Assembly (NCBI GenBank): GCA_024958715.1
Contig: JANWUS010000044.1
Coordinates: 5,009 to 69,008, forward strand
DNA: 64,000 nt
Direction: 5' to 3'
From: Cyanobium sp. FGCU52
Lineage (GTDB): Bacteria > Cyanobacteriota > Cyanobacteriia > PCC-6307 > Cyanobiaceae
Shown here: positions 36,828 to 45,565 of the stretch, piece by piece
How positions within the stretch are numbered: the stretch's first letter is position 1
How the letters are laid out: every line of letters starts with the position of its first letter
Translations under genes and position numbers: made by a program
Notes under the pieces: generated by a model
What the model saw: only the letters and a program-made list of their open reading frames with translations
Database searches by the model: none
What the model was told of the DNA's origin: nothing

Positions 36828-38405
36828 GTGGCGACTCCGCTTCCCACCCTGATCGCCGGCAGCGTTATGGCGGCGTTGCCAACGACCCTTGCCATCTCCT
36901 TTGTGGTGGGCTAGCGCTACCGGGCCGCCGTTCGACGCCTGATGCGCCTGGCGCCCATGCCCAGTGAGGCCGCACTCGCCGCAGATGGAGGCGAAGACGT
37001 TCCCCTCAGGCCTCGTCCGTTCCTCGCCCGGCCAACGCGCCGTCGTGATCGGGAACTGCCCTTGGCGCTGGCGGGCGTGAGTCTGCTGATCGGCATCACC
37101 TCGGCCGTGCTGTTCCTTCAGGTGCATGACGTGGCCCTCTCGCCGGCGCGGCTGTTCATCACCTCCCTGGTGATGGCCACGCCCGGGCTTGTGCTGCAGG
37201 CTCAGCTCCTTCGCTGGCCCGTGCTCAGGCAGGTGGTCGTCCTGGGCGTCTGGGGCCTGCTTCTTCTGCTGCTGGTCGGGCTGGCGTCCGGGGGCCTCGG
37301 ACCGGCTCAACTGAGCCTGGTGCTGGCTCCGTTGGTCCTTCCTCTGATCGTTCTGGGATTGCTGTTCGGCATCCCGCGGCTGCGGGCGATCGCTCCCTAC
37401 CTGCTTCCGCCGGTCTTCCTGATTGTCCTGCTGGGCCAGTTCGGGCTGGAGATCCTGCAACGGCTGGTCGCCGGTGGCCCGGAAGGTGCTTTCGGGGTTT
37501 TTATCTCCTAGGCCGGTGCCCTCGCCACGCTGCTGATCGCCGTACTCCTGCCCGTCGCCATCGCGCTCCTTCCTGCCCATGTCCTCACGGCCTCCCTCGG
37601 GCGCATCTACCGCGCCAAGGCGTTCTCCGACCTTTCTTACCTGTTCGGGAGCGGCTGGTTCCTGATGCTGCTGCTGCAGGTGCTCCCGGGTTGGAACAGC
37701 CAGGCGTCCGGCGGGGCTCCCTGGGATGGCCGCCCCCTGCTGCCCCTGCTGGCCTGGTTGTGGATTCCGCTGTTCTTCTACGGCTTCTCCCGCTCCAGCC
37801 GCAGGTCGGTCCCGGGGGATCCGCCGGCCCTGCTGATGCTGAGGGTGTTCCGCCGGAAGGGTCCGGTGGGATGGCTGTTCGACCATGTGGTGCAGCGCTG
37901 GCGCACGGTCGGGCCGGTGCTGCTGATCTCGGCGGCGGATCTGGCCTCCCGAACGATCGAGCCGGATGAGCTGGTGCTGTTTCTGGAGGGGCGCCTGCGC
38001 CAGCGTTACATCCTGGAGCCTGAAGATCTGCACCGCCAACTGGCGGCGATCGATCACACTCCCGATCATGATGGCCGCTACAGGATCACGGATTTCTGTT
38101 GCTACGCCAGCAGCTGGAAACAGACGCTCGATGCCCTGCTGTTGCGCGCCAGCACCGTGCTGATGGATCTGCGCGGTTTCACGGCTGAAAACAAGGGATG
38201 CCTCTACGAACTCGGCCGGATCAGCCAGGCATCCCATCTCGCGGCCGTGGTGCTGCTCGCTGATGGGCACACCGATCGTGCGGCTGCCGAGCATGCACTG
38301 CAGTCACACCGCGGTGCCCCTGCGGTGCAGTGGGTTGAGGCTGCGAACCGCCGGCTCGGAGGTGTCGATCGGCTGCTTGATCGCCTCCTCGCCGCAGGCG
38401 CTTGA
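36828..38405 (+). pseudogene. Multi-TM protein with C-terminal TIR/NDT-like domain, interrupted by two in-frame TAG stops (36912-36914, 37509-37511)
   Basis: ORFs 36942..37511 and 37665..38405 share one frame. The sequence reads sensibly across both stops (AISFVVG*RYRAAVRRLMR; FGVFIS*AGALATLLIAVLL). The C-terminus has VLMDLRGF..ENKGCLYELG. Confidence 0.7.
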
Positions 38406-38468
38406 GGCGTGAAAGATCGGCCTATTCAAAACATCTGCTTATGCTGAGAAAGCCAGATAGGAGCCTTC

Positions 38469-38941
38469 ATGCCCGTCTTGGATCGGGACACGTATGTCAC
38501 CAGCCGTATCGATGAACAGCTGAACTGGCTCAGCCGTGCGAGCAGAGCGAACAAGCGCGTGTTCGTGAGTCTGCGGATTTTCGAGATCGTTCTGGGAACC
38601 TCCATCACGATCTTCAGCCCCTACGCCGCCAGGCTCGCCTGGGGGCCTTTGGCGATCGCCGTGGCTGGCGGTGGCATCGCCCTTTCCGGTGGCTGGTTGG
38701 CCCTGAATCGCAACCAGGAGAACTGGGTGCGCTACCGCAGCCTTGGTGAGTCTCTCAAGCGGGAAAAGTATCTCTTTCTTACCGGCACTCCCCCTTACGA
38801 CGTCGAGCCCAAGCCTTCACCGCGTTCGTCACCACCTCAGAGGGGCTGATGCTCGAGGAGCGGGCCGGCTGGGCGAGGCAGGTGTCCCAGCAGGTGGAGG
38901 CGGACGTGCCGGTTTCTCCAGCTGCCGCCACAAAGAGCTGA
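38469..38941 (+). pseudogene. DUF4231 (SLATT-type two-TM) protein with -1 frameshift at 38808-38810
   Basis: Y...RIDEQLNW.S..S..NK, two TM helices, QENWVRYRSLGESLKREKYLFL..PY. The expected tail QAFTAFVTTSEGLMLEERAGW is in the -1 frame and is restored by one extra C in the CCC run. Confidence 0.75.
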
Positions 38942-39003
38942 GCGTTTCGCAAGGATGATGGCCGCAAGGTCGTGCTCCGCCCGCCCGCGCACCTCCCCGA
39001 TCC

Positions 39004-39981
39004 ATGGTTCAGGCTCCCTCCTCCGCCCCCGCTGTCCAGGCCCCGCCCCCCAACTGGGTGGAGAGCCGCCACCCCCTGGGCTGGGCGATCGATCGGCTGC
39101 TGGCGGTGGAGCCCCTGCGCCAGCTGCTGTTCCAGCAGGCCCGCGGCCTGATCATCCGCACCGCCGAGGGGCGTGGGATCGCCTGGCGCGAGCGGCGCGA
39201 GCAGCTGCGGGCAGCGGCCGAACCGCTGATGGCCGCCGTCACCGACGCCGCCACGCAGGCGCCGGCCTACTACCGCGCCCGCTTCCACGCCTACGACCAG
39301 GGCAACCTCTGCTGGGAGGCGGCCTGTGAGGCGGAGCAGGCCACCGACTCGATGGCCCTGCGGGTGTGGCCCAAGGAACCCGATCTCGCCCCGCAGGTCG
39401 CCCAGACCCGCCTGCGGTCGGCCATTTTCGCTGCGATCGAGCCCAGCCTCAGCGCTCCGGTGGCCCGGGCGCTCGACATGGGCTGCTCGGTGGGGGTCGG
39501 CACCCTCGCTCTGCTCGACTGGCTCGAAGGCCGCGGTGATGCTCAGGCCCCCACGGTGGAGGGCCTCGACCTCTCGCCCCAGATGCTGGCGGTGGCAAGG
39601 GTGCGCGATCCCCAGGGGCGCATCGCCGCCTGGCACCACGCCGCCGCCGAGGCCACCGGCCTGGAGGGCGGCGCCTACGACCTGATCACCCTGCAGTTCG
39701 TGTGCCACGAGCTGCCGGCCCCGGCCACCCGGGCCGTGCTGCGCGAGGCGGCCCGCCTGCTGCGCCCCGGCGGCGTGATCGCCCTGGTGGACCAGGACCC
39801 CGATTCGGAAGTGATCCGCCGGCTGCCGGCGCCGATCGCCACCCTGCTCAAGAGCACTGAGCCCTACCTGGAGGACTACTTCAGCCTCGATCTGCCGGCA
39901 GCGCTGGCGGAGGCTGGCTTCGGCGACGTGCGGCGGGAGGCCTGCGATCCGCGCCACCGGGTGCTGGTGGCCCGCCGCTGA
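39004..39981 (+). CDS. Class I SAM-dependent methyltransferase (cyanobacterial type)
   Basis: YY.ARFHAYDQGNLCW, LDMGCSVGVGT, GLDLSPQML, YDLITLQFVCHELP. Confidence 0.85.
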   Translation: MVQAPSSAPAVQAPPPNWVESRHPLGWAIDRLLAVEPLRQLLFQQARGLIIRTAEGRGIAWRERREQLRAAAEPLMAAVTDAATQAPAYYRARFHAYDQGNLCWEAACEAEQATDSMALRVWPKEPDLAPQVAQTRLRSAIFAAIEPSLSAPVARALDMGCSVGVGTLALLDWLEGRGDAQAPTVEGLDLSPQMLAVARVRDPQGRIAAWHHAAAEATGLEGGAYDLITLQFVCHELPAPATRAVLREAARLLRPGGVIALVDQDPDSEVIRRLPAPIATLLKSTEPYLEDYFSLDLPAALAEAGFGDVRREACDPRHRVLVARR

Positions 39982-40015
39982 TCCGCGCCCGGCCTGGTCT
40001 CACCGGCCCCGCCGC

Positions 40016-41044
40016 TCAGGCCCAGCCCTCGAGGGCGATCTTGCCGGTGGTGCGGCCGCTCGCCAGCAGCCCATGGGCTTGCTCCAGGGTGCGGGCGGCG
40101 ATCGGCCGGAGCGTTTCGCGGAGGGTGGTGCGCAGCTCACCGGCCTCCACCAGATCGGCGACCCGGGCCAGGATCCGGCCCTGCTCCGCCAGATCGGCGG
40201 TGCCGTAGCGCGGGCGGGTGAACATGAACTCCCAGCAGAAGCGCACGCTCTTGCTCTTGAGCAGATCCAGATCGAGGGGGGCGCGGTTGCCCACGATCGC
40301 CACGATCGATCCCTGCGGCCGGATCAGCTCCGCCATCGCTTCCCAGTAGGCGTCGGTGTCGTGCAGGTTGGCGATCAGATCCACGCCATCGAGGCCGAGG
40401 GCCTGCAGCTGCGGACCCAGCGGCTCGCGGTGGTCGAGCACGTGATCGGCGCCCATCTCACGCGCCCAGCTCTGGCTTTCGGGGCGCGAGGCGGTGGCGA
40501 TCACCAGCAGGCCGGCGTGGCGGGCCAGCTGGATCAGGATCGAGCCCACGCCGCCGGCACCGCCCAGCACCAGCAGGGAGCGGCCGGCGTCGCCCCCGTC
40601 CGGATCGAGGCCGAGCCGATCGAACAGCGCCTCCCAGGCGGTGAGGGCCGTGAGCGGCAGGGCCGCGGCTTCCGCCGGGCTCAGGTTGCGGGGGGCCCGG
40701 GCGGTGATGCGGGCATCCACGGCCACCAGCTGGGCCTGGCAGCCGGGGCGGGTGATGTCGCCGGCGAACCACACCCGATCGCCGGGAACGAAGCCGGCCA
40801 CGGCAGCGCCCATGGCCTCCACCCGGCCGCAGCCGTCCCAGCCCAGCACCCGGGGGGGTGATCCCGCGGCCAGTCCCGCGCGCACCTTGGTGTCCACCGG
40901 GTTCACGGCCACGGCTTCCACCGCCACCAGCAGGTCGTGCTCCCCGGGCCGGGGGGCGGGCAGATCGAGCTCCTGCAGCGGCGGAAGGGCGCCCCCGGCG
41001 GCTCCGGGATCGGCGGCGGTTGGAACGGCGGCGACGGCGCGCAT
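40016..41044 (-). CDS. Zinc-binding alcohol dehydrogenase family (quinone oxidoreductase-like) protein
   Basis: VNPVDTKVR, VLGWD, LPLTALTAWEALF, GGAGGVGS, WEFMFTRP and GKIAL motifs; start ATG 41044. Confidence 0.9.
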   Translation of the reverse strand: MRAVAAVPTAADPGAAGGALPPLQELDLPAPRPGEHDLLVAVEAVAVNPVDTKVRAGLAAGSPPRVLGWDGCGRVEAMGAAVAGFVPGDRVWFAGDITRPGCQAQLVAVDARITARAPRNLSPAEAAALPLTALTAWEALFDRLGLDPDGGDAGRSLLVLGGAGGVGSILIQLARHAGLLVIATASRPESQSWAREMGADHVLDHREPLGPQLQALGLDGVDLIANLHDTDAYWEAMAELIRPQGSIVAIVGNRAPLDLDLLKSKSVRFCWEFMFTRPRYGTADLAEQGRILARVADLVEAGELRTTLRETLRPIAARTLEQAHGLLASGRTTGKIALEGWA

Positions 41045-41060
41045 GAGAAGCGGCCCGGGT

Positions 41061-41957
41061 TCAGGCCAGGCGACCGCTGCGGGCGGCCTCCTGCAGCGCC
41101 CGGATGCGGGCCTCGATCGGCGGATGGCTGGCGAACAGGCGCAGGAACCCCGGCGGCTCGTTGATCTTGAGGGTGGCCAGGGTGGGTTCGTCGCGGGGAT
41201 CCTGCAGGTTCTCCATGCCCCCCAGCCGGGCCAGGGCGCCCGCCATGGCGTCGGGCGAGGTGAGGCGGGCGGCACCGGCATCGGCGCGGAACTCACGGTG
41301 GCGCGAGAACCAGGCGGTCACCAGCGACCCCAGCACGCCCAGCACCACCTCCAGCGGCCACACCAGCAGCATCGTCGGCGGCGGGGCGTAGTCGCGGCCG
41401 TCGTCGCGCTGGCCCCGCGGCAGCGCCAGGGCCACCGCCCGCGCCAGGAACATCACGAAGGCGTTGATCACCCCCTGCAGCAGGGTCATCGTCACCATGT
41501 CGCCGTTGCCCACGTGGCTCATCTCATGGGCCAGCACCGCCTCCAGCTCCTCGGGCGGCATGCCTTCGAGGATGCCGGTGGACACCGCCACCAGCGCCCG
41601 GTTGCGGGAGGGGCCGGTGGCGAAGGCGTTCCACTCCGGCGAGCCGTAGACGCCCACCTCCGGTGTGGGCAGCCCCGCCTGGGAGGCCAGCCGGGCCACG
41701 GTGGTGTGCAGCCAGCTGCCGGCACCGCCGCTGCCCGGACCCACCAGCTGCACGCCCATCATCCGCTTGGCCGATTCGGCCGAGAACTGCAGCGAGATCC
41801 AGGCGCCCAGCACGCCCCACACGAAGCAGCTCACCAGCAGCGGCAGCAGCGGCAGGTCGGGCGGCAGCAGCCCCAGGCCCGTGAGCAGGCTCAGGATCAG
41901 CGAGATCGTGAGCACCACCGCCAGGTTGGTGATCAGGAAGAGAACGGTGCGCAGCAT
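41061..41957 (-). CDS. htpX: Zinc metalloprotease HtpX
   Basis: NAFATG, LVAVSTG, AVLAHEMSHVGNGDMVTM, SRHREFRAD, SHPP.E.RI. Confidence 0.92.
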   Translation of the reverse strand: MLRTVLFLITNLAVVLTISLILSLLTGLGLLPPDLPLLPLLVSCFVWGVLGAWISLQFSAESAKRMMGVQLVGPGSGGAGSWLHTTVARLASQAGLPTPEVGVYGSPEWNAFATGPSRNRALVAVSTGILEGMPPEELEAVLAHEMSHVGNGDMVTMTLLQGVINAFVMFLARAVALALPRGQRDDGRDYAPPPTMLLVWPLEVVLGVLGSLVTAWFSRHREFRADAGAARLTSPDAMAGALARLGGMENLQDPRDEPTLATLKINEPPGFLRLFASHPPIEARIRALQEAARSGRLA

Positions 41958-42112
41958 GGCTGTGGCGGAGCCCCGGGCGAATCCTCCGGAACGCTAGCCA
42001 TGGCCTTGGGTTCAGACCCCGGCGCATCGGTGCGGCCACGGGCCGGATGCGCTGCTCGAGGATCTGGGCCGGCCCCTAGCCTCAGGCCCTGCATTCGCTG
42101 CCCCTTCCGCCC

Positions 42113-44203
42113 ATGCCCGTGCTCAACCGCTGGTCGGAGGCCGAGGCCGCCGAAGCGATCGCCCGCTACGGCGCCCAGGGGGTGGGCGAGGACCTCGCCC
42201 TGCGCACCTACTCCGCCCGCCTGCTGGGCGCCGACGCCGACCTGGTGCTCCACGGCGGCGGCAACACCTCGGTGAAGACCACCGTCACCGGCCTGCTGGG
42301 CGAGACGATCCCGGTGCTGTGCGTGAAGGGGTCGGGCTGGGACCTGGGCACGATCGAGCCGCCCGGTCATCCGGCCGTGCGCCTGCCGGAGCTGCAGGCC
42401 CTGCGCGCCCTGCCGGGCCTGAGCGACGAGGAGATGGTGGCCGCCCAGCGCCGCAACCTGATCGATCCGGCGGCGCCGAATCCTTCGGTGGAGGCCCTGC
42501 TGCACGCCTTCCTCCCCCACAAGTTCGTCGACCACACCCATGCGGTGGCCCTGCTGGCTCTGGCGGATCAGCCGGATGCCGCAGAGATCTGCCGCCAGGT
42601 GTATGGCGAGCGGGTGGCCCTGGTGCCCTACGTGATGCCCGGCTTCGACCTGGCCCTGGCGGCGGCGACGGCCTATGAGCAGGCCGAGGAGCGGGCCCGG
42701 GCTGCCGGCGTGGAACTCGAAGGCATGGTGCTGCTCAAGCACGGCCTGTTCTCCTTCGGTGCCAGCGCGAAGCAGAGCTACGAGCGCATGATCGCGCTGG
42801 TGCGGCAGGCCGAGGAGCGTCTGGGGCAGGCTGCGGGCGCCGCGGCGTCTAGCGCTCCTGCGCCGTTGCCGGAGCCCGCCGGTGGGGCGGCGGCCCTGCT
42901 GCCGGTGCTGCGGGGCGCCCTGGCCCGGGCGGCCCAGGCCGAGGGCGCCCCGATCCGCTGGCTGCTCAACCTGCGCGACACCCCGCTCAGCCGCTCGGTC
43001 GTCGACGACCCGCGCCTGGCCGACTGGGCCCGCCGCGGTGTGGCCACCCCCGACCACGTGATCCGCACCAAGGCGTTTCCCCTGGTGCTTCCGGCTGATC
43101 CCTCCCCTGCGGCGATCGAGGTCGCCCTGGCTGCCTATATCGCCGAGTACAAGGCCTATTTCGAGCGCCAGAACACTCGGGTGGGCGGCATCAAGAAGCC
43201 GCTCGATTCCCTGCCCCGGCTGGTGGCGGTGCCCGGCCTGGGGCTGATCGGCATCGGCCGGTCGGCGGCGGATGCGGCGGTGGCGGCCGACATCGGCGAG
43301 GCCTGGGCCCGCACCCTGCTGGCCGCCGAGGCCGTCGGCCGCTTCGACCCTGTCGACGAAGCCGACACCTTCGACATGGAGTACTGGAGCCTCGAGCAGG
43401 CCAAGCTCGGCAAGGGGGTGGAGAAGCCCCTGGCCCGCCACGTGGTGCTGGTCACCGGCGGCGGCGGCGCGATCGGGGCCGCCACCGCCAAGGCGTTCGC
43501 CGCCGCCGGGGCGGAGGTGGCCGTGCTCGATCGCGAACCCGAGGCCGCGGCCGCGGCGGCGGCCGCCTGCGGTCCCCAGGCCCTGCCCCTTGCCGCCGAC
43601 GTCACCGATCCGGCGGCGGTGCGGGCGGCGATCGCCAAGGTCGCCGCCCGTTTCGGCGGCCTCGACATCGTGGTGAGCAACGCCGGCGCCGCCTGGACGG
43701 GCGCCATCGCCGATCTGGCCGATGCCGATCTGCGGGCCTGCTTCGAGCTCAACTTCTTCGCCCACCAGAGCGTGAGCCAGGCCGCCATGGCGGTGTTCCG
43801 CGCCCAGAACGGCGGCGGAGCCCTCCCCGGCGGCCAGCTGCTCTACAACGTTTCCAAGCAGGCCCTCAACCCGGGCCCCGATTTCGGCGCCTACGGCATC
43901 GCCAAGGCCGCCCTGCTGGCCCTGATGCGCCAGTACGCCCTGGAGCAGGGGGCCAGCGGCGTGCGCGCCAACGGCCTCAACGCCGATCGCATCCGCTCCG
44001 GCCTGCTCGACGACGCCATGATCCGCGAGCGCTCCGCCGCCCGCGGGGTCAGCGAGGCGGCCTACATGGCCGGCAACCTGCTGGGGGCCGAGGTGCGCGC
44101 CACCGATGTGGCCGACGCCTTCGTGGCCCTCGCCCGCCTCGAGCGCACCACCGGGGCCCTGATCACGGTGGATGGCGGCAACGTGGCGGCGATGGTTCGC
44201 TGA
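42113..44203 (+). CDS. Bifunctional class II aldolase / short-chain dehydrogenase
   Basis: N-terminal LVLHGGGNTSVK, PSVEALLH, DHTH, TPDHVIRTK, EYW.LEQAKL; C-terminal VTGGGGAIG, NAG and YGIAKAA. Confidence 0.88.
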   Translation: MPVLNRWSEAEAAEAIARYGAQGVGEDLALRTYSARLLGADADLVLHGGGNTSVKTTVTGLLGETIPVLCVKGSGWDLGTIEPPGHPAVRLPELQALRALPGLSDEEMVAAQRRNLIDPAAPNPSVEALLHAFLPHKFVDHTHAVALLALADQPDAAEICRQVYGERVALVPYVMPGFDLALAAATAYEQAEERARAAGVELEGMVLLKHGLFSFGASAKQSYERMIALVRQAEERLGQAAGAAASSAPAPLPEPAGGAAALLPVLRGALARAAQAEGAPIRWLLNLRDTPLSRSVVDDPRLADWARRGVATPDHVIRTKAFPLVLPADPSPAAIEVALAAYIAEYKAYFERQNTRVGGIKKPLDSLPRLVAVPGLGLIGIGRSAADAAVAADIGEAWARTLLAAEAVGRFDPVDEADTFDMEYWSLEQAKLGKGVEKPLARHVVLVTGGGGAIGAATAKAFAAAGAEVAVLDREPEAAAAAAAACGPQALPLAADVTDPAAVRAAIAKVAARFGGLDIVVSNAGAAWTGAIADLADADLRACFELNFFAHQSVSQAAMAVFRAQNGGGALPGGQLLYNVSKQALNPGPDFGAYGIAKAALLALMRQYALEQGASGVRANGLNADRIRSGLLDDAMIRERSAARGVSEAAYMAGNLLGAEVRATDVADAFVALARLERTTGALITVDGGNVAAMVR

Positions 44204-45565
44204 TCAGGCGGCCCGGCGGCCCAGCCACAGGCCCAGGCCGATCCACAGCACCACCAGCCCCAGGCACACGCCCGTCCACAGGGGCAGGCCCCAGCCGGCC
44301 ACCGCCAGGGGGGCCACCACGGTGATCACGCCGCCGGCCAGCAGGGGCTGCAGCAGCAGCTGCTTGATCGAGAAGGCGGGCAGGGCCTCGCTGCGGTCGT
44401 CGGGGTCGGCCATGCGCAGCAGCAGCAGGCCGCTGGCCGCCACGCCGGTGGCCTGGCCGAACTCCAGGATTCCCCGCTCGAACCAGTCCGGCGGCAGGAT
44501 CCTGGGTGCCAGCAGCAGGATCACTGCCAGGTTCCACACCAGCCCCACCAGGGCCAGCACGGTGAGCGGACGCCAGTTGTGCGCCAGCAGGGAGAGATCC
44601 AGGCAGGCGGTGGCGGCGGTGATCAGCAGATCGGCGCAGAGGGTGCCGATCCGGCTCTGGATCGCCGCCGAGGCCAGGGCGGTCTTGCCGCTGCGTTCGA
44701 GCACGAGCCGCACCAGCAGCGAACCCACCAGCGCCAGCGGGAACACCGGCAGGGCGTCGATCACGCTGCGCAGTACCCCGTCGGTGCCCTGCGCCCAGGC
44801 CTGCAGCCCCTCCAGGGCGAGCCAGCCGATCGCCACCGCGATCCCGGCCAGCGCCAGGTTCACCGACCAGGCCGCCAGGCCGCCGGGCACAGGATCCGCC
44901 GCTGCCGTGGCGGGCGCAGCGGCCTGGGCAGCTTCGGTTTCGTCGGCGATGCCGGGTGGCTCCTCGGTGGCGATGGCCGGGAACACCGTCAGCCAGCCCC
45001 GGCTGCGGGCCACCACCACCACCAGGCCGCCCACCAGGGTGGAGGCGAGCAGTCCCACGGTGGCCATCGCCAGCCCCAGCGCTTCGCCCCCCACCAGGCC
45101 CAGCCGCTCGTAGGTGGGTCCCATGGCGGCGGCCGATCCGTGCCCGCCCTCGTAGGCCACCTCGATCAGGCAGGCCATCACCGGGCTCACCCCCAGCCAG
45201 GGCTGGAGCAGCAGCAGCACCGCCAGCGCCGCCACCAGGTACTGGCCGAAGGCCAGGGTGAGCGCGAGCAGCACCTGGGCCGACAGCGGCCGCCACAGGC
45301 CGCCGGGCTGCGGCAGCGGTTTTCCCAGCAGCAGGGAGCCGAACACCATCGTCAGCAGGATCAGCGGCAGCTGGTCCCAGAGGTCGATCACGGCCTGGGG
45401 GATCAGCGGCCACGGCCCCGACGGGGCCACCAGCAGCCCCAGGCTCCCGGCCAGCAGCGCCTCCGGAATCCCCCAGCGGTGGCTGCCCAGGCCCCGGCCG
45501 AGCACGGTCCCCACCGCCAGCAGGGCGATCAGCAGCAGCAGGGCGAGGGCGAAAGTGTGGATCAC
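44204..45565 (-). CDS. Sodium/glutamate symporter (GltS-like)
   Basis: Multi-TM, GIPEALLAG, EGGHGSAA, FGQATGV..SGLLLLRM.DP; GTG 45565 overlaps the peptidase stop. Confidence 0.78.
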   Translation of the reverse strand: MIHTFALALLLLIALLAVGTVLGRGLGSHRWGIPEALLAGSLGLLVAPSGPWPLIPQAVIDLWDQLPLILLTMVFGSLLLGKPLPQPGGLWRPLSAQVLLALTLAFGQYLVAALAVLLLLQPWLGVSPVMACLIEVAYEGGHGSAAAMGPTYERLGLVGGEALGLAMATVGLLASTLVGGLVVVVARSRGWLTVFPAIATEEPPGIADETEAAQAAAPATAAADPVPGGLAAWSVNLALAGIAVAIGWLALEGLQAWAQGTDGVLRSVIDALPVFPLALVGSLLVRLVLERSGKTALASAAIQSRIGTLCADLLITAATACLDLSLLAHNWRPLTVLALVGLVWNLAVILLLAPRILPPDWFERGILEFGQATGVAASGLLLLRMADPDDRSEALPAFSIKQLLLQPLLAGGVITVVAPLAVAGWGLPLWTGVCLGLVVLWIGLGLWLGRRAA

